A stretch of 64,000 nt of DNA from Nemertoderma westbladi (Eukaryota > Animalia > Xenacoelomorpha). Shown piece after piece: positions 1-12,523 of this stretch (its first letter is position 1; the number at the start of each line of letters is the position of its first letter). Location: assembly GCA_032718475.1 (NCBI GenBank), contig JAUCBJ010001639.1, positions 28,672 to 92,671 on the forward strand, read 5' to 3'. Under the pieces are notes generated by a model that searched no databases, was not told the origin of the DNA, and worked only from the letters and a program-made list of their open reading frames with translations. The position numbers were made by a program, and so were the translations under genes.

Positions 1-3000
1 GCTCTTTGCAATTCTATTGGGTGACTAGGGATTATCACTGGGAACCGAAACTGTGAGTTTATGTCGACAGTCTGGATTCTCGATCTATGACAAATTAAAC
101 CCTTATGGATTAATGGACTCCATTTTCTAAGGGGTTTATAGAGAACTGGTCGTTGAGCCGATAATAGATGGAATTCTTTGGGGAAGGCACACATTTGATA
201 ATGCTTCAAATGCTTTAATTCCGCTTGATCAATCTCATCCTCTGTCAGAGGTTGTTTCAATTTCCGAATTCGCTCACTATTGGTGCTCAATGGTTCTCTC
301 AAATGTTTCGAATGTTTTAAACGAAGGTACAAAATATATCGGCTTAACCACGCAGTTCTTTTACAAATTGTCAGCCAAGAGGCAGACGAATTTAGTAATT
401 TGTCATAAACACTGCATGACTCTAATGCCAGCGACGGTTGTCCGCTAACCAATGGAAGTTTCGAATCCAAACCCGCAGGTTTGGAAACCAAGGGATCCAT
501 TGTGTCGGTCATTTTCTGTCCGTCACTTACTAACTGTGACTGTCGTCTAGTCTGTAAGGGTGGTTTTATGTCATAACTTACCCTTCCGGACCTAGTAGTC
601 ACGTAAGTCTGTTGGTCTGACAGGTCTCCAGGCCGCTCCAATGACTCTTCAGGCCGCTCCAATGACTCTTCAGGCCGCTCCAATGACTTAAGTTTGGCTT
701 TAGACTTTGACTTAGAGACTTTCTCCACTTTGACTTCTGCATCTTCAGGCATCGGATTGGTCACAATCTTTAGTCGCTCTGGCCAATGTTCCTGTGTCCT
801 CGTTAGAAAATCAGGTCCGTGCAACCAAAACTCCTGCGACTCTTCCTGACAGAATTCCGCCGGCATTGCACCTCTCGAAGTTATGTCGGCCGGGTTTAAC
901 ACTCCCGGACAATGTCTCCATTGTTCCTTCGTCGAAAAATCAACGATCTGAGCGCGTCTATTGGCCACAAATGTCTTTAGTGCAATATTGTCGGCCGCAA
1001 TGTATACTAACACCAAGGATGCGTCCGTCCAATAGAATAAGGTCAATGTCGTGTCTAACTCCTCAATTATTTGCTTACTTACCTCAACTGAAACTACTGC
1101 CGCCTGTAACTCTGCACGAGGGACAGTCATGTATTTGACCGGCATTGTCTTTGATCTAGAAGTCACAAAGGCCGTCTCAAATTTGTCCTGACTTACCTCT
1201 CGGCGAAGGTAGGCTACCATACCAAAGCCGGTGTCACTTGCGTCACTGAATAAATGGAGTTCGAGATCAGCTGGAAATACCAGCTGATTCGGAAAGTAGG
1301 ATCGGGGTACATCTATATTTTTCAATAGATGCAACTCGGCTTCCCACTCTCTCCACTGCTTTGCATGTATAGGAGATATTGGTTCGTCCCACTCTAAGTC
1401 GGACAACCAAATTTTCCTCATGCACGCTCGTGCCTGTAATATAACCGGACTGATAAAGTTCATCGGGTCAAATAGTCTACTCAATGTCGATAAGCAAATT
1501 CTCTTAGTCAAAATTTTGTCTGGGCTACTGGGCTCAAATCTAACTCTTACCTGGAACTTGTCTGAGTTCGGGTTCCAAGCGAGTCCCAGTACTCGCGCCA
1601 TTGGGATTGGTTCTACCCCCAATTCAATGTCTCCGCTCCCGCGATCCTTTACCGGGAACGATTCTAATAGGGCCTCCGAGTTCGTAGTGAACTTGGTTAG
1701 AGGAAAACCCCCTGTAGCCAAGCACTCCTGTAGGCCGTGAGCCACTTCTATGGCTTGTTCCGCCGTGTCCTTGGACACCAATCCGTCGTCCATGTAGAAG
1801 TTTCTCAAGATGGACTCGATCACTTCTACTGGATACTTACCAATCTGGGCTGTTGCCGTTTTCTTTAGAACAAACAGCGTGCCGTTTGGACTATCGCGGG
1901 CGCCAAATATCCTAACGTACATCTGGTATGTAACCACTGGGCCGGATAAGTCTTCATTCTCATACCAGAGAAAGCGAAGGCTATCCTGGTCTGCCTTACA
2001 GGCTCTTACCTGGTGGAACATCGCCTCGATGTCACAAGTAAATGCGAATCGCCGCTGTCTAAAACGCAACAGTATTCCAATCAAATAGTTGTTCAGGTTG
2101 GGACCATCCATCAACTCTGAATTCAGGGACATACCTCTATAGACTGCTGCGCAGTCGTTGACTACTCGGACTTTGTCTGGCTTGTCAGGGTGAGTCACAT
2201 AGTGGTGTGGAAGGTAATAAGTCTGGTCTGTCACTAAGTCAGGGTCCTCTACCTTCCCAGCAAATCCCTTGGCGAAATAGTTGTTGATCTGGGCGCAATA
2301 CTTCTCCCTAATGCCTGGATTCTTCAACAACCGAGCCCTTACTCCGTTTAATCTTTTCAAGGCTAAGTTGTAGTTGTTTTCCAACTTAGGTGGTTGTCGA
2401 CGCCACAACATTCCAACTTCAAAATGTCCAGTCGGTAGTAGACGTATGGTGTCTTCCATCATCTCCAGCGACCGTTTTTCATCAGTAGACATGGCTAGGT
2501 CATATCCACCGGGTTCCATTGCGTCCCTATCCAGCCATTCGACGGTTCTGGCTCCTGTCTCGAGGTCCTGGCGTATCAATTCCTTCTGTAATTCCTCCTC
2601 ACTGTACTGGAAAATGTCTAGGTCTCGATATTTAGCCACCTGACCCTCCACTATGTCTGTATAAGTCAAAACGTTAGTCAAATAGGTAGCGTGGGCCGCT
2701 GAACCAGACCCACGGGTCTGATAACAGTAGTCCTCGGGTTCACTATCTGTCCGGTCGTTGTGAAGTGGTTCCGACAACCTAACATTATCGGGAATCAACT
2801 CCTCGTCCGACTCGCTAAAGTCACTATAGTGGTCAATACAGGTTCTCCTAAACTCGTCTATGTCTGGTGGTTCTACTAACGGTGGTTGAGTTATAGGCTG
2901 TAATTCATCGTATCTGTCCATTGGCTTGCCGCCACCTGTAAACTCATAAGACATGGGTACTCTTGTATACCAACCTAATATAGTCCTATGGGCATGTGGT

Positions 3001-5303
3001 CCATTAACATGCGGCTCAGCTGGTCTCGTTTCCCATATCTGGTGTGCGATCAGCTGTTCTGCACCAATCAACATAGAAACATTCCTATAACCTACCTGGT
3101 GTCTGGGTATCCTGAGCTTGTCAAAATACTCCTGTGCTATGGGACTCATCGGCGGCACCTTACCTAACTGCCTGCCGAATCCCTTCATAGCTAGACACTT
3201 AAATCCGTCCAATGGCAAAGCTTTCCGTTCTTGTCGAGTATGTTGGTCTCTCGGAAGTAGGGAATCTAGTTCTACCGAAATTCTGTGTCCCTTGAGGTCA
3301 CCTACTCCATGCATAGACTTCAACTCTATTTGGATCTCCTCGGCGTCCTGGAAGCTAGAAACAGCTCTCGCCACTTCCTCGTCGATATACGATAATGTGG
3401 ACGCAGTGTCCAACATCACATATATTCGTTTCGATCCCTTATCTCCAGTGAGTTTCACCGGAATCACGCTAAATATTTCCGACGTGGCCGATGATAAATA
3501 CGTCCGCGCGCTGGTCGATGAACTATCCGCGGTGAAACCTTGGCAGGTCACTTCTCTCGCGCTCGACTCGCCATCTTCGTCCGACGAACCTGGTTGGTAA
3601 CCATCGTCCTGAATGCTGGTGTACGTATTCCTCCTTATCGATACGGGTTCTTTGCTCCCCTTCCTTTGAGGATTTCGCTGTAAGTAACGGTCCGTTGGGG
3701 TGTGGAAATCCGCATGTAGCAACTTGTGATGTAGTCTGCCGCATTCCATGCATCCGTCCTTGCTGTTCGGGCACTGCCGCCGTACATGGCCTGGCGCAAG
3801 ACATGCCCAACAGGTGTCCAACGTCCGCACTTGAACTCTTCTCTGTTCCGAATTTAATTCTTTGAACCGTCTGCAACTATCTAACTTATGGTCGTCAGAT
3901 CTTACCTCCTTTAGTAAACAGTATTGGCAACCTACAAATCCATCCGGCAACTCCTGTTGCTTTAACCTAGGTCTATCTAACCGCTCACCTGACCATACTC
4001 GCGAGTCTGATCTAAAGGCTGGGGTACTCGAATTATATCTGTCTACTGAGTTAAATGTCACAGTGGTCCTGTCATCGTCAAAACTTACCATAGACTTACC
4101 GGTAACAGGTTTAGACTCTCTCATATTCTCTTCTGAGAAGTTTGATTTCATCTCTGCTACTGCGTCTGTGGCTATCATGTCATGAATATGCTGAAGTGTC
4201 AATACTTTACCTTGGCCCTCCAACTTATTCTCTAATTTGCGCCATTTCTGTCGGTAACGCATGTTTAGACGTCTTATTACGCTTTTCAAAACCTCGGCGT
4301 GATCACCATGATGAGGTAGATTCACCATCCTCAAGATGTCCAATGCGTTCGAAATAGCGTTCGCTAAGTTCAACAGCTCTAACGGAGTTGTAATCCTTCC
4401 GCCCTTACCCAAGTCTTCTACTATCGACTGCGCCATCTTGGTTTTATTCCCGTAGATGTCACTAAGCGTCTTCATCGCTAACTCAAACGCTCTCTCGTTG
4501 CCGACGAAGTTATCAGCAATGGCTCTAGGTTCTCGATGGAGCATTTGAAGCAAATAGTTGAACTTCTCGTTGGGAGTAAAGGTGCTGTTGGTTAGCTGCT
4601 CGTCGACATAGGTTTTGAAGGTCCTCCAGTGCTTATGGTTGCCCATAAACTTCTGGGGTTGTTGCGTCGGCAGTCCTTGCCTAGCAGCAAACTTACCTAT
4701 GTCCCTAAGGGTTGCGTCGTTCCGGGTTAACAAATGGTTTAGTTCCGCAGGGTTGTTAAGTCTGGTCCTTTCCCGGTGGTTCCAACTTACCTGCTCCGCG
4801 TCCGTCCTTCTTTCCTTATAGTTTCGGGACTTCTGACGTCTCATGTCTTCCTCTTCATTGCTTGACTCGGTGTCAGTCCTTAGCGCTCGCGATGGTTTGC
4901 GCGCCGAGGCCCTGACCCAAGCCTCCTCAATAAATTTCTCGGCCGAATTTTCGAAATTGGGATTATGGATATTCGGGACAGGCGTCCTTACCTGAGGTCT
5001 ATGTGGTATAGTCTCCTCCGATATGCGTACTCGTTGACTAGGCTGGACTTTATCTAACTCAGGCCTGCTAGGATTAGAATTACTTCTTACCTGGGCTGCT
5101 TCCTTTAACCGTAGGTTGCTAAGCATGTCCGTTATAGGTTGGATGTGCGGCGATATAGCTTGCGCTAAACTAGCACTTAACTCATCCCTCGTAATAAATT
5201 CCTGGCTAGGGTTCTGTTGTATAGTCGGCTCTATCTGAGTAATCCGCTGTCTCTCATATGATCCCTCTTCCGGTTTAACCCGGAAGTTCTCCGTCGAACT
5301 GGG
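1..5303 (-). CDS. BEL/Pao Gag-Pol polyprotein, partial (capsid-like, 3 zinc knuckles, protease, RT, RNase H; open to window edge)
   Basis: Manual translation in frame with 5304..7130: LPTQQPQKFMGNHKHWRTFK (DUF1759-like), CWACLAPGHVRRQC and CMECGRLHHKLLH knuckles, VMLDTAST protease, YLPHHYV..KVRVVNDCAA and FYMDD RT, LHLFSDAS RNase H, FRFPVIIP at the edge. Its absence from the ORF track is consistent with no stop before position 1. Confidence 0.9.
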
Positions 5304-7130
5304 TCAGCGCTCCGTCCGCGTATTCCAAACCCGCGGGTTCGGTTCGCCAAGTACTCGTCCCGTCGGAGTTTCTCTAAACTCTTCATCGTCGTGTTCGGTG
5401 TGTAGTGGTGCGATGTTCCGATGACGTGGATTCTGCGCGATGGGTGAAGCACTAATACCAACTGGCGTGCGATATGTAGAGAACGGTTTAGCGATCCGTG
5501 TACTCGTAATAGCTGGACCGGGTATAGGAATTCTGGTCGTCGTCGACTCGCGTATGGTCGGAGTTCTCGCTTCCTGTTCGGCCTTCTGCAGTGCGAACAG
5601 TTCTCGCAACTCAGTACCTACACTCGCCCCACATTCTTCGATCATTCGCATCCCCTTCTCGGCGATTTCGTTCGCCTTCCTAGTCCGTTCTTCGCTTTCT
5701 AAACTTAATCTCGCACTTTCCAACTGCGCCAGTTTACGTTCTTCTTCTTCCCTCGCTCGTCTCGCTGCGCCCTCTTCTTCTACACGCGCCTTCTCTTCAT
5801 ACAACGCCCGTCGCTCCCTCTCGCGCTCAAGTTCGCGCTCCTTGCGCACGCGTTCGAGTTGGAGTTCGTATTCCTTTTGTTCGCGTTCCTTCTGTTCGCG
5901 TTCGAGCTGGAGTTCGCGTTCCTTCTGTTCGCGTTCGAGCTGGAGTTCGCGTTCCTTGCGTTCGCGTTCCGCTTGCTCGCGCTTACCTTTCTCTTCCAAC
6001 TCTCGCAACTTTGCGTCTAACTTACGTGTTCGCTCCCGTTCCCACTCGGCTTCCTTCCGTGCTTCCGATGCACGCAAAACTTCCGCCTGCTGTTCGTCTA
6101 GTCGGCGTCTTCTCTCCTCTGCCGAGTTGTGAGAAACAAGGGATCTAGCACATATTACCTTACCTCGCGCGTGACTAACCTGGGAATCGCCGCTGTCTCT
6201 AGATGCATCATCGGGTGGAGTCAACGTCCTCTGTTGGATGTTCTCCGTCGTCGGTAGCACCTGGCCCGGCACCACCACTCCATTCTGCATCAGCCAGCTA
6301 GTAACTTCCCTTTGATACCTGCGCTCCTCCTTGTCTTGGATCTCTTCTCGCTCCACTAACTCTCTCAGCTCTGCGTCACTCACTTGAGTCGCCTGCGCTT
6401 GTGATGTCCATAGCAGCCAGTTCTCCGTCCTAACTCGTCGGAATCGCTCCGATAACTCGCGGTGCTCTAACAAGGCTGCTAAAACCCTGTCGTAAATCCT
6501 CGTTGCTACGTCGCTCGACTGAGACTCTACTGCCTTCTTCGCTAGGACTGCAAGCTCCTCCGTCTGCTTGAATAACGCTGAGTTATATCCTCTTCTAATC
6601 TCTACTAACTCTACCCTCCCGATGTTCGCTGAGTCAGCTAACATCTTCCTTACCTTGTCCGCCGTCCGGGTTATATGTCCGGCGTGCGCGCGAAGTTTCT
6701 TCTTTATCGCGATATCAAGTTCTCTCTCGCTTACCTGACTCACACTCGGTGGACTTGAAGGATTATTTCGGGAACTACGGGTACTCCTTACAGCCGTCGG
6801 GACCACGGCACTTACCATACCCACAGGTCTGGAAACCGGGCTCCGGGCTCTCGCTTCTGCTACACTACCCTCCCTATCACTCACCTCTGTCCGGGCTGCC
6901 GTACAGTCCTTCCTTACAGTAGCGGTAGGGGATCCTAATACTATTACCTGAGGTTGTTGTTCTTCCTCACTAGTCACTGTCTCGTCCTCCTGTTCACTTA
7001 CGTCAGCGTCGCTCGCTGCGTCGTCATAGTCGGCATTGTCGTCAACAGTAATATTGACGCTATCGTCAGTCGGCGGTCCAGCCGCCGTCTCGTAGCTGTC
7101 CTCTAGTGCCTCCTTGTCTGAGACACTCAT
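5304..7130 (-). CDS. N-terminal Gag region of BEL/Pao element (acidic, coiled-coil E/R-rich), ends at an in-frame TGA
   Basis: 608-aa ORF with 33-bp RERELQLE-type repeats; the frame continues directly into the capsid-like region after TGA 5304-5306. Confidence 0.85.
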   Translation of the reverse strand: MSVSDKEALEDSYETAAGPPTDDSVNITVDDNADYDDAASDADVSEQEDETVTSEEEQQPQVIVLGSPTATVRKDCTAARTEVSDREGSVAEARARSPVSRPVGMVSAVVPTAVRSTRSSRNNPSSPPSVSQVSERELDIAIKKKLRAHAGHITRTADKVRKMLADSANIGRVELVEIRRGYNSALFKQTEELAVLAKKAVESQSSDVATRIYDRVLAALLEHRELSERFRRVRTENWLLWTSQAQATQVSDAELRELVEREEIQDKEERRYQREVTSWLMQNGVVVPGQVLPTTENIQQRTLTPPDDASRDSGDSQVSHARGKVICARSLVSHNSAEERRRRLDEQQAEVLRASEARKEAEWERERTRKLDAKLRELEEKGKREQAERERKERELQLEREQKERELQLEREQKEREQKEYELQLERVRKERELERERERRALYEEKARVEEEGAARRAREEEERKLAQLESARLSLESEERTRKANEIAEKGMRMIEECGASVGTELRELFALQKAEQEARTPTIRESTTTRIPIPGPAITSTRIAKPFSTYRTPVGISASPIAQNPRHRNIAPLHTEHDDEEFRETPTGRVLGEPNPRVWNTRTER

Positions 7131-9989
7131 AGTCTAAATAATATTTGCCTTCCGGCAAAATATCTCGCAAAAGTTCGAGATATTATTATAATTTAACCGA
7201 AATACGGTCAAATTATTTGTCAAATAATCAGTTGGTCCAAAATGTCAAATAAATTCACAATGCAATATTGTGAATTTAATGGGGTATATAGTTATAGCAA
7301 ATACTAGCACAATATTTAAACAAAAATATTATTATATAGCTATTATATAGCATTAAATACCGGTATAGCACAAAATAACCTTGAATCTAATACAAAATAT
7401 TCAAAATATACTTGCCGCCCGAATATTTCTAATTTTATATATATATAGCTCTAATCAACGTAATTTTAATTTCAAATATTATTATGTATCCACTAGCGCG
7501 TGGCTACATCTTCGGGTTGCGACTCTCTCTAACTCTCTCTCTAACTTGAGCGATTCAAAAAACCATGGCCGGCTAAACCTAAATATCCTAACTAATAAAT
7601 TGAGTTCAGCTTCGCAGTTAAACAACCGGTAATTTTTTACTGCTTCCACAAACAGTATGGTGCCAACAGAACAACTAACCTTGTTTGCTGTGAGATTCCA
7701 CGTCCGCGTCCAAAGATTCAGGCCCTTCGCTGATTGCAAACCGAACCCGCAGACCCACACGAACCCCAAACTCAGAAGTTCCGTCTTGCCATGTATCTCC
7801 AGATGGTATAAAATAACTAAGCGGTTACCTAACATACCGGTACAAAACTCTAGAATTTTACAAAATAATTTTGACCGAAACTGAATTCTCGCAAACCTAG
7901 CTAATAATTTTCAAAAAACTTACTAATTACAATTTGCCCTAAGGCCTAAGGAACTGCTGTATTCGCAATTAGCAAAACGCACTACTGTACATCCACTGTA
8001 TGCAGTACAGTAAGTAAAACAGTACACCAACCTAACAGCCTAATGATACTGTGTATGGTACGGCAAAACAAATGTCCTTCTACCGTACGCAGTAATAACA
8101 ATCAGCCTAATGTACTACTGTACTAGTGTACGCAGCCAGTGAATACAGTAATCTAAACTAACAACCTAATAGAATAACCAATGTCTTACTGTACGCTAGC
8201 CTATAGCCTACAGCAGACGATCACGTGCTCCAATTTATTGCCTAATACTATGATACTCTAATCAGCCTAAGAACACTCTATTGACCGCTGCAAGCAACAG
8301 CCAATAGCGCGTATTACTGATACGAAGTATCAGTAATCTAAACTAACAGTAGTCTAAACTAACAGCCTAAGAATACTCTATCTGCCTTACTGTACGCAGT
8401 GCAGCAAAGCAATATACGCGTATTACTGATAAACAACCGCGACCTCTATACTAACAGCAGAACTGTTGAACAGACAAATACTGGTATACTTCTCTGCCAA
8501 CCTAATAAGTTCCCGCCTAACCAATAAGACACAAAGACTGCTCTACTGTTAAGTAAAGGGGATCAGGAGCGTGCTATTACTAAATTGTAAGGGTTGCTAA
8601 ATACAAAACCGCTACTTACCGTTAGATGGCGCTAATCTGCCGTCCACTAATATATTTTACTAATTTTACACAACTCCTGCAAAATCGCTTGTTCCTTTCT
8701 CTACCGATTGCTCGATAGAGAGCTAACTGTTCGAATCTATGAGCCACGCGGGAGTAACCAAAACAATAAACCCGAGTCGGCTCCCTAAGCTTACTTAAGA
8801 CGAGTGCGAGAGGCCTTGCACTCAGAGTATTCTTACGCCTAATTTTATCACTTATTAAAGCACGCTATTACCTACGTCTTTCTAATCGCGAATACTAGAG
8901 GTTCCCTAACGTAATGTGTGAATGCGAGAATATTTAAAATATCAAAATGGTACAGTATCTGTTTCTACGTGGATAATACCACCCCGGGTCTAAAACTGCC
9001 CGCGACTGGCTTTAGGCCAGCAAAATTACTAGCGTATCGTGCGTACCGAATAGTGCGTTCTAGCTGATTGCCCGCTAATGCAAATAACCGCTCAGCGTGA
9101 ATAGTTTACAGTACACTAATTATTACCTTAGCTACTCTCCGCTATGCTGCGTACTAATTCTTAATTTTTTACTAATTAATTACAGTCACGAATATTTAAC
9201 AGCGTACTAATTACTAAGAGTTCCAGAATACGTAATTCTAATTTATCACGCAACAGGTTTCGATAGTAATAGCCTAATTTGCCGTATTACTTTGACCTAA
9301 TCAATAACTAATCATTGTAACTAAGAAATAGAAATCAATCAAAAGAAAAGAGCGCCTATCTAAGCATTCGTGATCTTAGGCACACTTCAATAACACACCA
9401 ATCAGCGTTAGAAATCACAGTTTACAATTGTGCAATTCACTACTCGTACTCCACACTCAACGTTTTAATACGCGCAGGCCTCTCCCGGGTACATCTAGGA
9501 CTCCTAACTAACCCAATTCCTGCCCCCCTAATACTAAATAGAGACAAAATCTGGATCATCAGCCCCCTAATTACTGTACCGGCGATCGGTCTGCGTGCCG
9601 CAGTGCAAGTTACCCGCCCGCAACGGTGACCCTGGCCAGCGTTGCTCGCTTTGAATCCTCCGCTCTCTCCTAGTCGCTCAACCCCCCGATGCGCCCACCG
9701 CCCACTGGCACCTTAGCTCTCCATGATGCTAATAGCTACCGTAGCGGCGCATGCAAATCACAAAGTCTGACAGTCTCAGAATCCCTTAGGATTATTGCGC
9801 AGAAAGAATCACATAGAACCATTAATCAAAGGTAGAAATCATAGTTCAATTGTAATTAGCAGCAATCAAAGGAATTATTGAGAAACACAAGCAAGTAATC
9901 GCACTAGCAAATCATTTCACGAAAATTAATCAAATTAGCAAATTGCAGAAAATATCCAGAAAAAACAGCAAGACAGGTGCTAGGGCTAG

Positions 9990-10857
9990 GTGTCATGTGA
10001 TGAGTAGAGTTGTTGTGAGGCTCTACCGGCACACCGCCAATTTATAGGTGATCCGGATGGGGTGATGCAATAGGGTGACTCAATCGCTTTCTTATTGGCT
10101 CTCCAGTCCGTGCTAGCACTAGACCAACCTGGAAGCAGCTAGTCCAATAAGGAGGCCGGATTGTAGCCCTATTTGCTTCCCTTCCTCGAATTATTACCAT
10201 ATATGGTAATGGTTCACGTCTCTGGCTGCTGAATGGCCAGGACAGCGTCCCTATATGCTAGCCCTACTAAAGCTAATATCAGCAAGCACTGAATCCAGGG
10301 TCCGAATAAACTTACCCTGGAACTATCTACATATAACCTAATACAAAATTACGTAGGTAGGGCTACATACTATACAAAATGGATGGTTTCAAATATATGG
10401 GCGTTTTGATTTCCCTACCTAAATACCACTGCGTTATTATGCCTTATCTAAAATATCATGCTGCACAACGGACTAATATTACGTACAGTATAACGGACTA
10501 ATATTGCATACTGCATAACGGACTAATATTGCATACTGCATGATGACTAATATTATGGATACAGCGCCATATACCGTAACAAGCTACAAAACGAGTTGTA
10601 ATAGCAACTGTGCAGTACAGTACGTAGTTGTACTTTCTTATTAAGATACTTATTTTCCTAAATAATTTTCTACTTTTAACAAATTAATTGCACAAAATGT
10701 AATAAAATTAAAAATTCACTAAAGAATTCCGACGTTAATTTTGATACCTATCTATCAAATATCCTAAATGATATTTTGATATGGATGGTAAAGATTCCTC
10801 CTTAAAATTATAAAGGAATTCTACTGTACAATGATGTTGTTCCCACTAGGGGCAACA
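9990..10857 (-). promoter_or_regulatory. Putative 5' LTR U3/promoter of BEL element
   Basis: Minus-strand TGTTG start, CCAAT at 10094-10098, TATAAA at 10041-10046, ~25-bp tandem repeats (acggactaatattgcatactgcata) at ~10465-10560. LTR 3' boundary and PBS not identified. Confidence 0.5.
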
Positions 10858-12523
10858 GCATTAATGATTCTAATACAATTTCCCGTTTGATCTTATGAAA
10901 CGAGTTTTGAGTTTTGTCTTGTGGCGGGTCTTTGTGCCGCTTCCTTGATTTTAGGAAGTTTATTACTACATTTCTCCGCTTCCTTAGTCATACTCCGTGT
11001 TTGGCGAGGCTCGAATTTTATTTCATCTCGCTGATAATGTTGACCATAATCATCACTTTCCTCCCTGGCTATTTCAAGGAGACAGAGCCTCTGAATTGGT
11101 CGTTGTAACTCGCTCCCATTTATTGTCTTCACATTTACTGAGCGCACTAACCCATCTTGAGATGAGTTAATTTTAGTTACAACTACAGTCAGCCAATGTT
11201 GACGACTGACATTTTCATTTTCAAGGAGAACTAAATCTCCTAATTTGAGATTATCTTTTTTGGCAAACCATTTCTTCCTTATCATAATGGAGGGAAGATA
11301 AAATCTAATCCAGTTTTCCAAAAAAGTTGGGACAAGTACTGCATAACCTTCCAAGTACGTCAGGAAGTTAAATCACTCTCTTCAATTTCTGAGACAGGCA
11401 ATAATACAGCAGGTCTCAGAAACAGGAAGTGCGCAGGGGTAAGGACTTCAGATCCGAAGTCATGCGAGTCAGAGGTCGTGAGTTTAGTACTGCTTCGATT
11501 CGATTTCAACCAATAAAGTATTAAGGGTTATAAGGGTTTGATCAGTAAGATAAACCCTAACTGGTAGAACTTTATAAATAGCTGCTTTGATACTTTTAAT
11601 AAGGCGTTCAAAAGCTCCCCCACGCCAAGGTGCTTTAGGGGTGTTAAACCTCCACTCCAGATAATGAGACTTAACTGTCTCAATGATCTGAGTTTCATTC
11701 CAGTCTTCAATCTGTCTTTTTAATTCTGTTCCACTCGCAATAAAATTTCCTCCACAGTCAGATCTGATAACTGCGGGAGTGCCTCTTCTAGCAAAAAAGC
11801 GACGCAGACATAATATGAAACTATCCATTGTGGCATCATTTACATAGTCTAAATGTACAGCCCTGCAACTAAAGCAGGTAAAAATCACAGCCCAGCGTTT
11901 AACATAGCTACGGGCTTTTTTAACCATAAAAGGCCCCATCAAATCGCATCCAGTCTGACGGAAAGCAGGTTCAAAGGCAGCCAGCCAGCCTCTCTGGTGG
12001 CAAATTCCCTTGAAGTTGATTAACAGGTCTAGCATGGACTTTAAGACAAGTATGGCAGTTTGCTAGCATAGCTTGGACTGTTTTCCATGGATTGATGAAG
12101 TAATTCCGTAAGATATTCATAATATGATCGAAACCAGAATGGTATGTCATAATAATATGCACATCCAGGAACAGGTTTCTCATATTGTGAGAATGACTTA
12201 TTAGAAAAGGGAACTTAGAGTCTATACTGATAGGAGCATACAGTATGTTAACCTACCTCCTACTCTAAGAAAGCCATCTAGCATTACAGTAGAGTATTTA
12301 TCAGGAATAAATTCCACTTCGCTACTAAGTAAAGAACTATATTCCTTAGGATGTTGTTCCCTTTGAGTCAAACGAATCAATTGATTCTCTGTCTGAGCTG
12401 ATTCACTTTGAGTCAGATTAATGAACAAATCAGGATTAGATTTCTTATTAGGTGATTTTAAACCCAAATTTTTGTTATGAAGTTTATATAGGTGAAAATG
12501 ATATAATATTTTCCACCAAGTCA

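Larger units (their letters stand above)
1..10857 (-). mobile_element. BEL/Pao LTR retrotransposon (5' part; 3' end runs off window)
   Basis: Gag-Pol ORF with BEL domain order; long non-coding leader; putative LTR start TGTTG at 10857 on minus; lies just downstream of the stop codon of an older BEL integrase, with no PPT at that junction. Confidence 0.9.

Noticed and set aside
5440-6132. S/R-rich plus-strand ORF (and minus-strand 63384..63752)
   Set aside because: Antisense shadows of E/R-rich Gag coiled coils.
7225-7250. Candidate LTR end/PBS (minus ACA-TTT-TGGACCAAC)
   Set aside because: Not recognisably complementary to a tRNA 3' end and cannot be confirmed without the 3' LTR.
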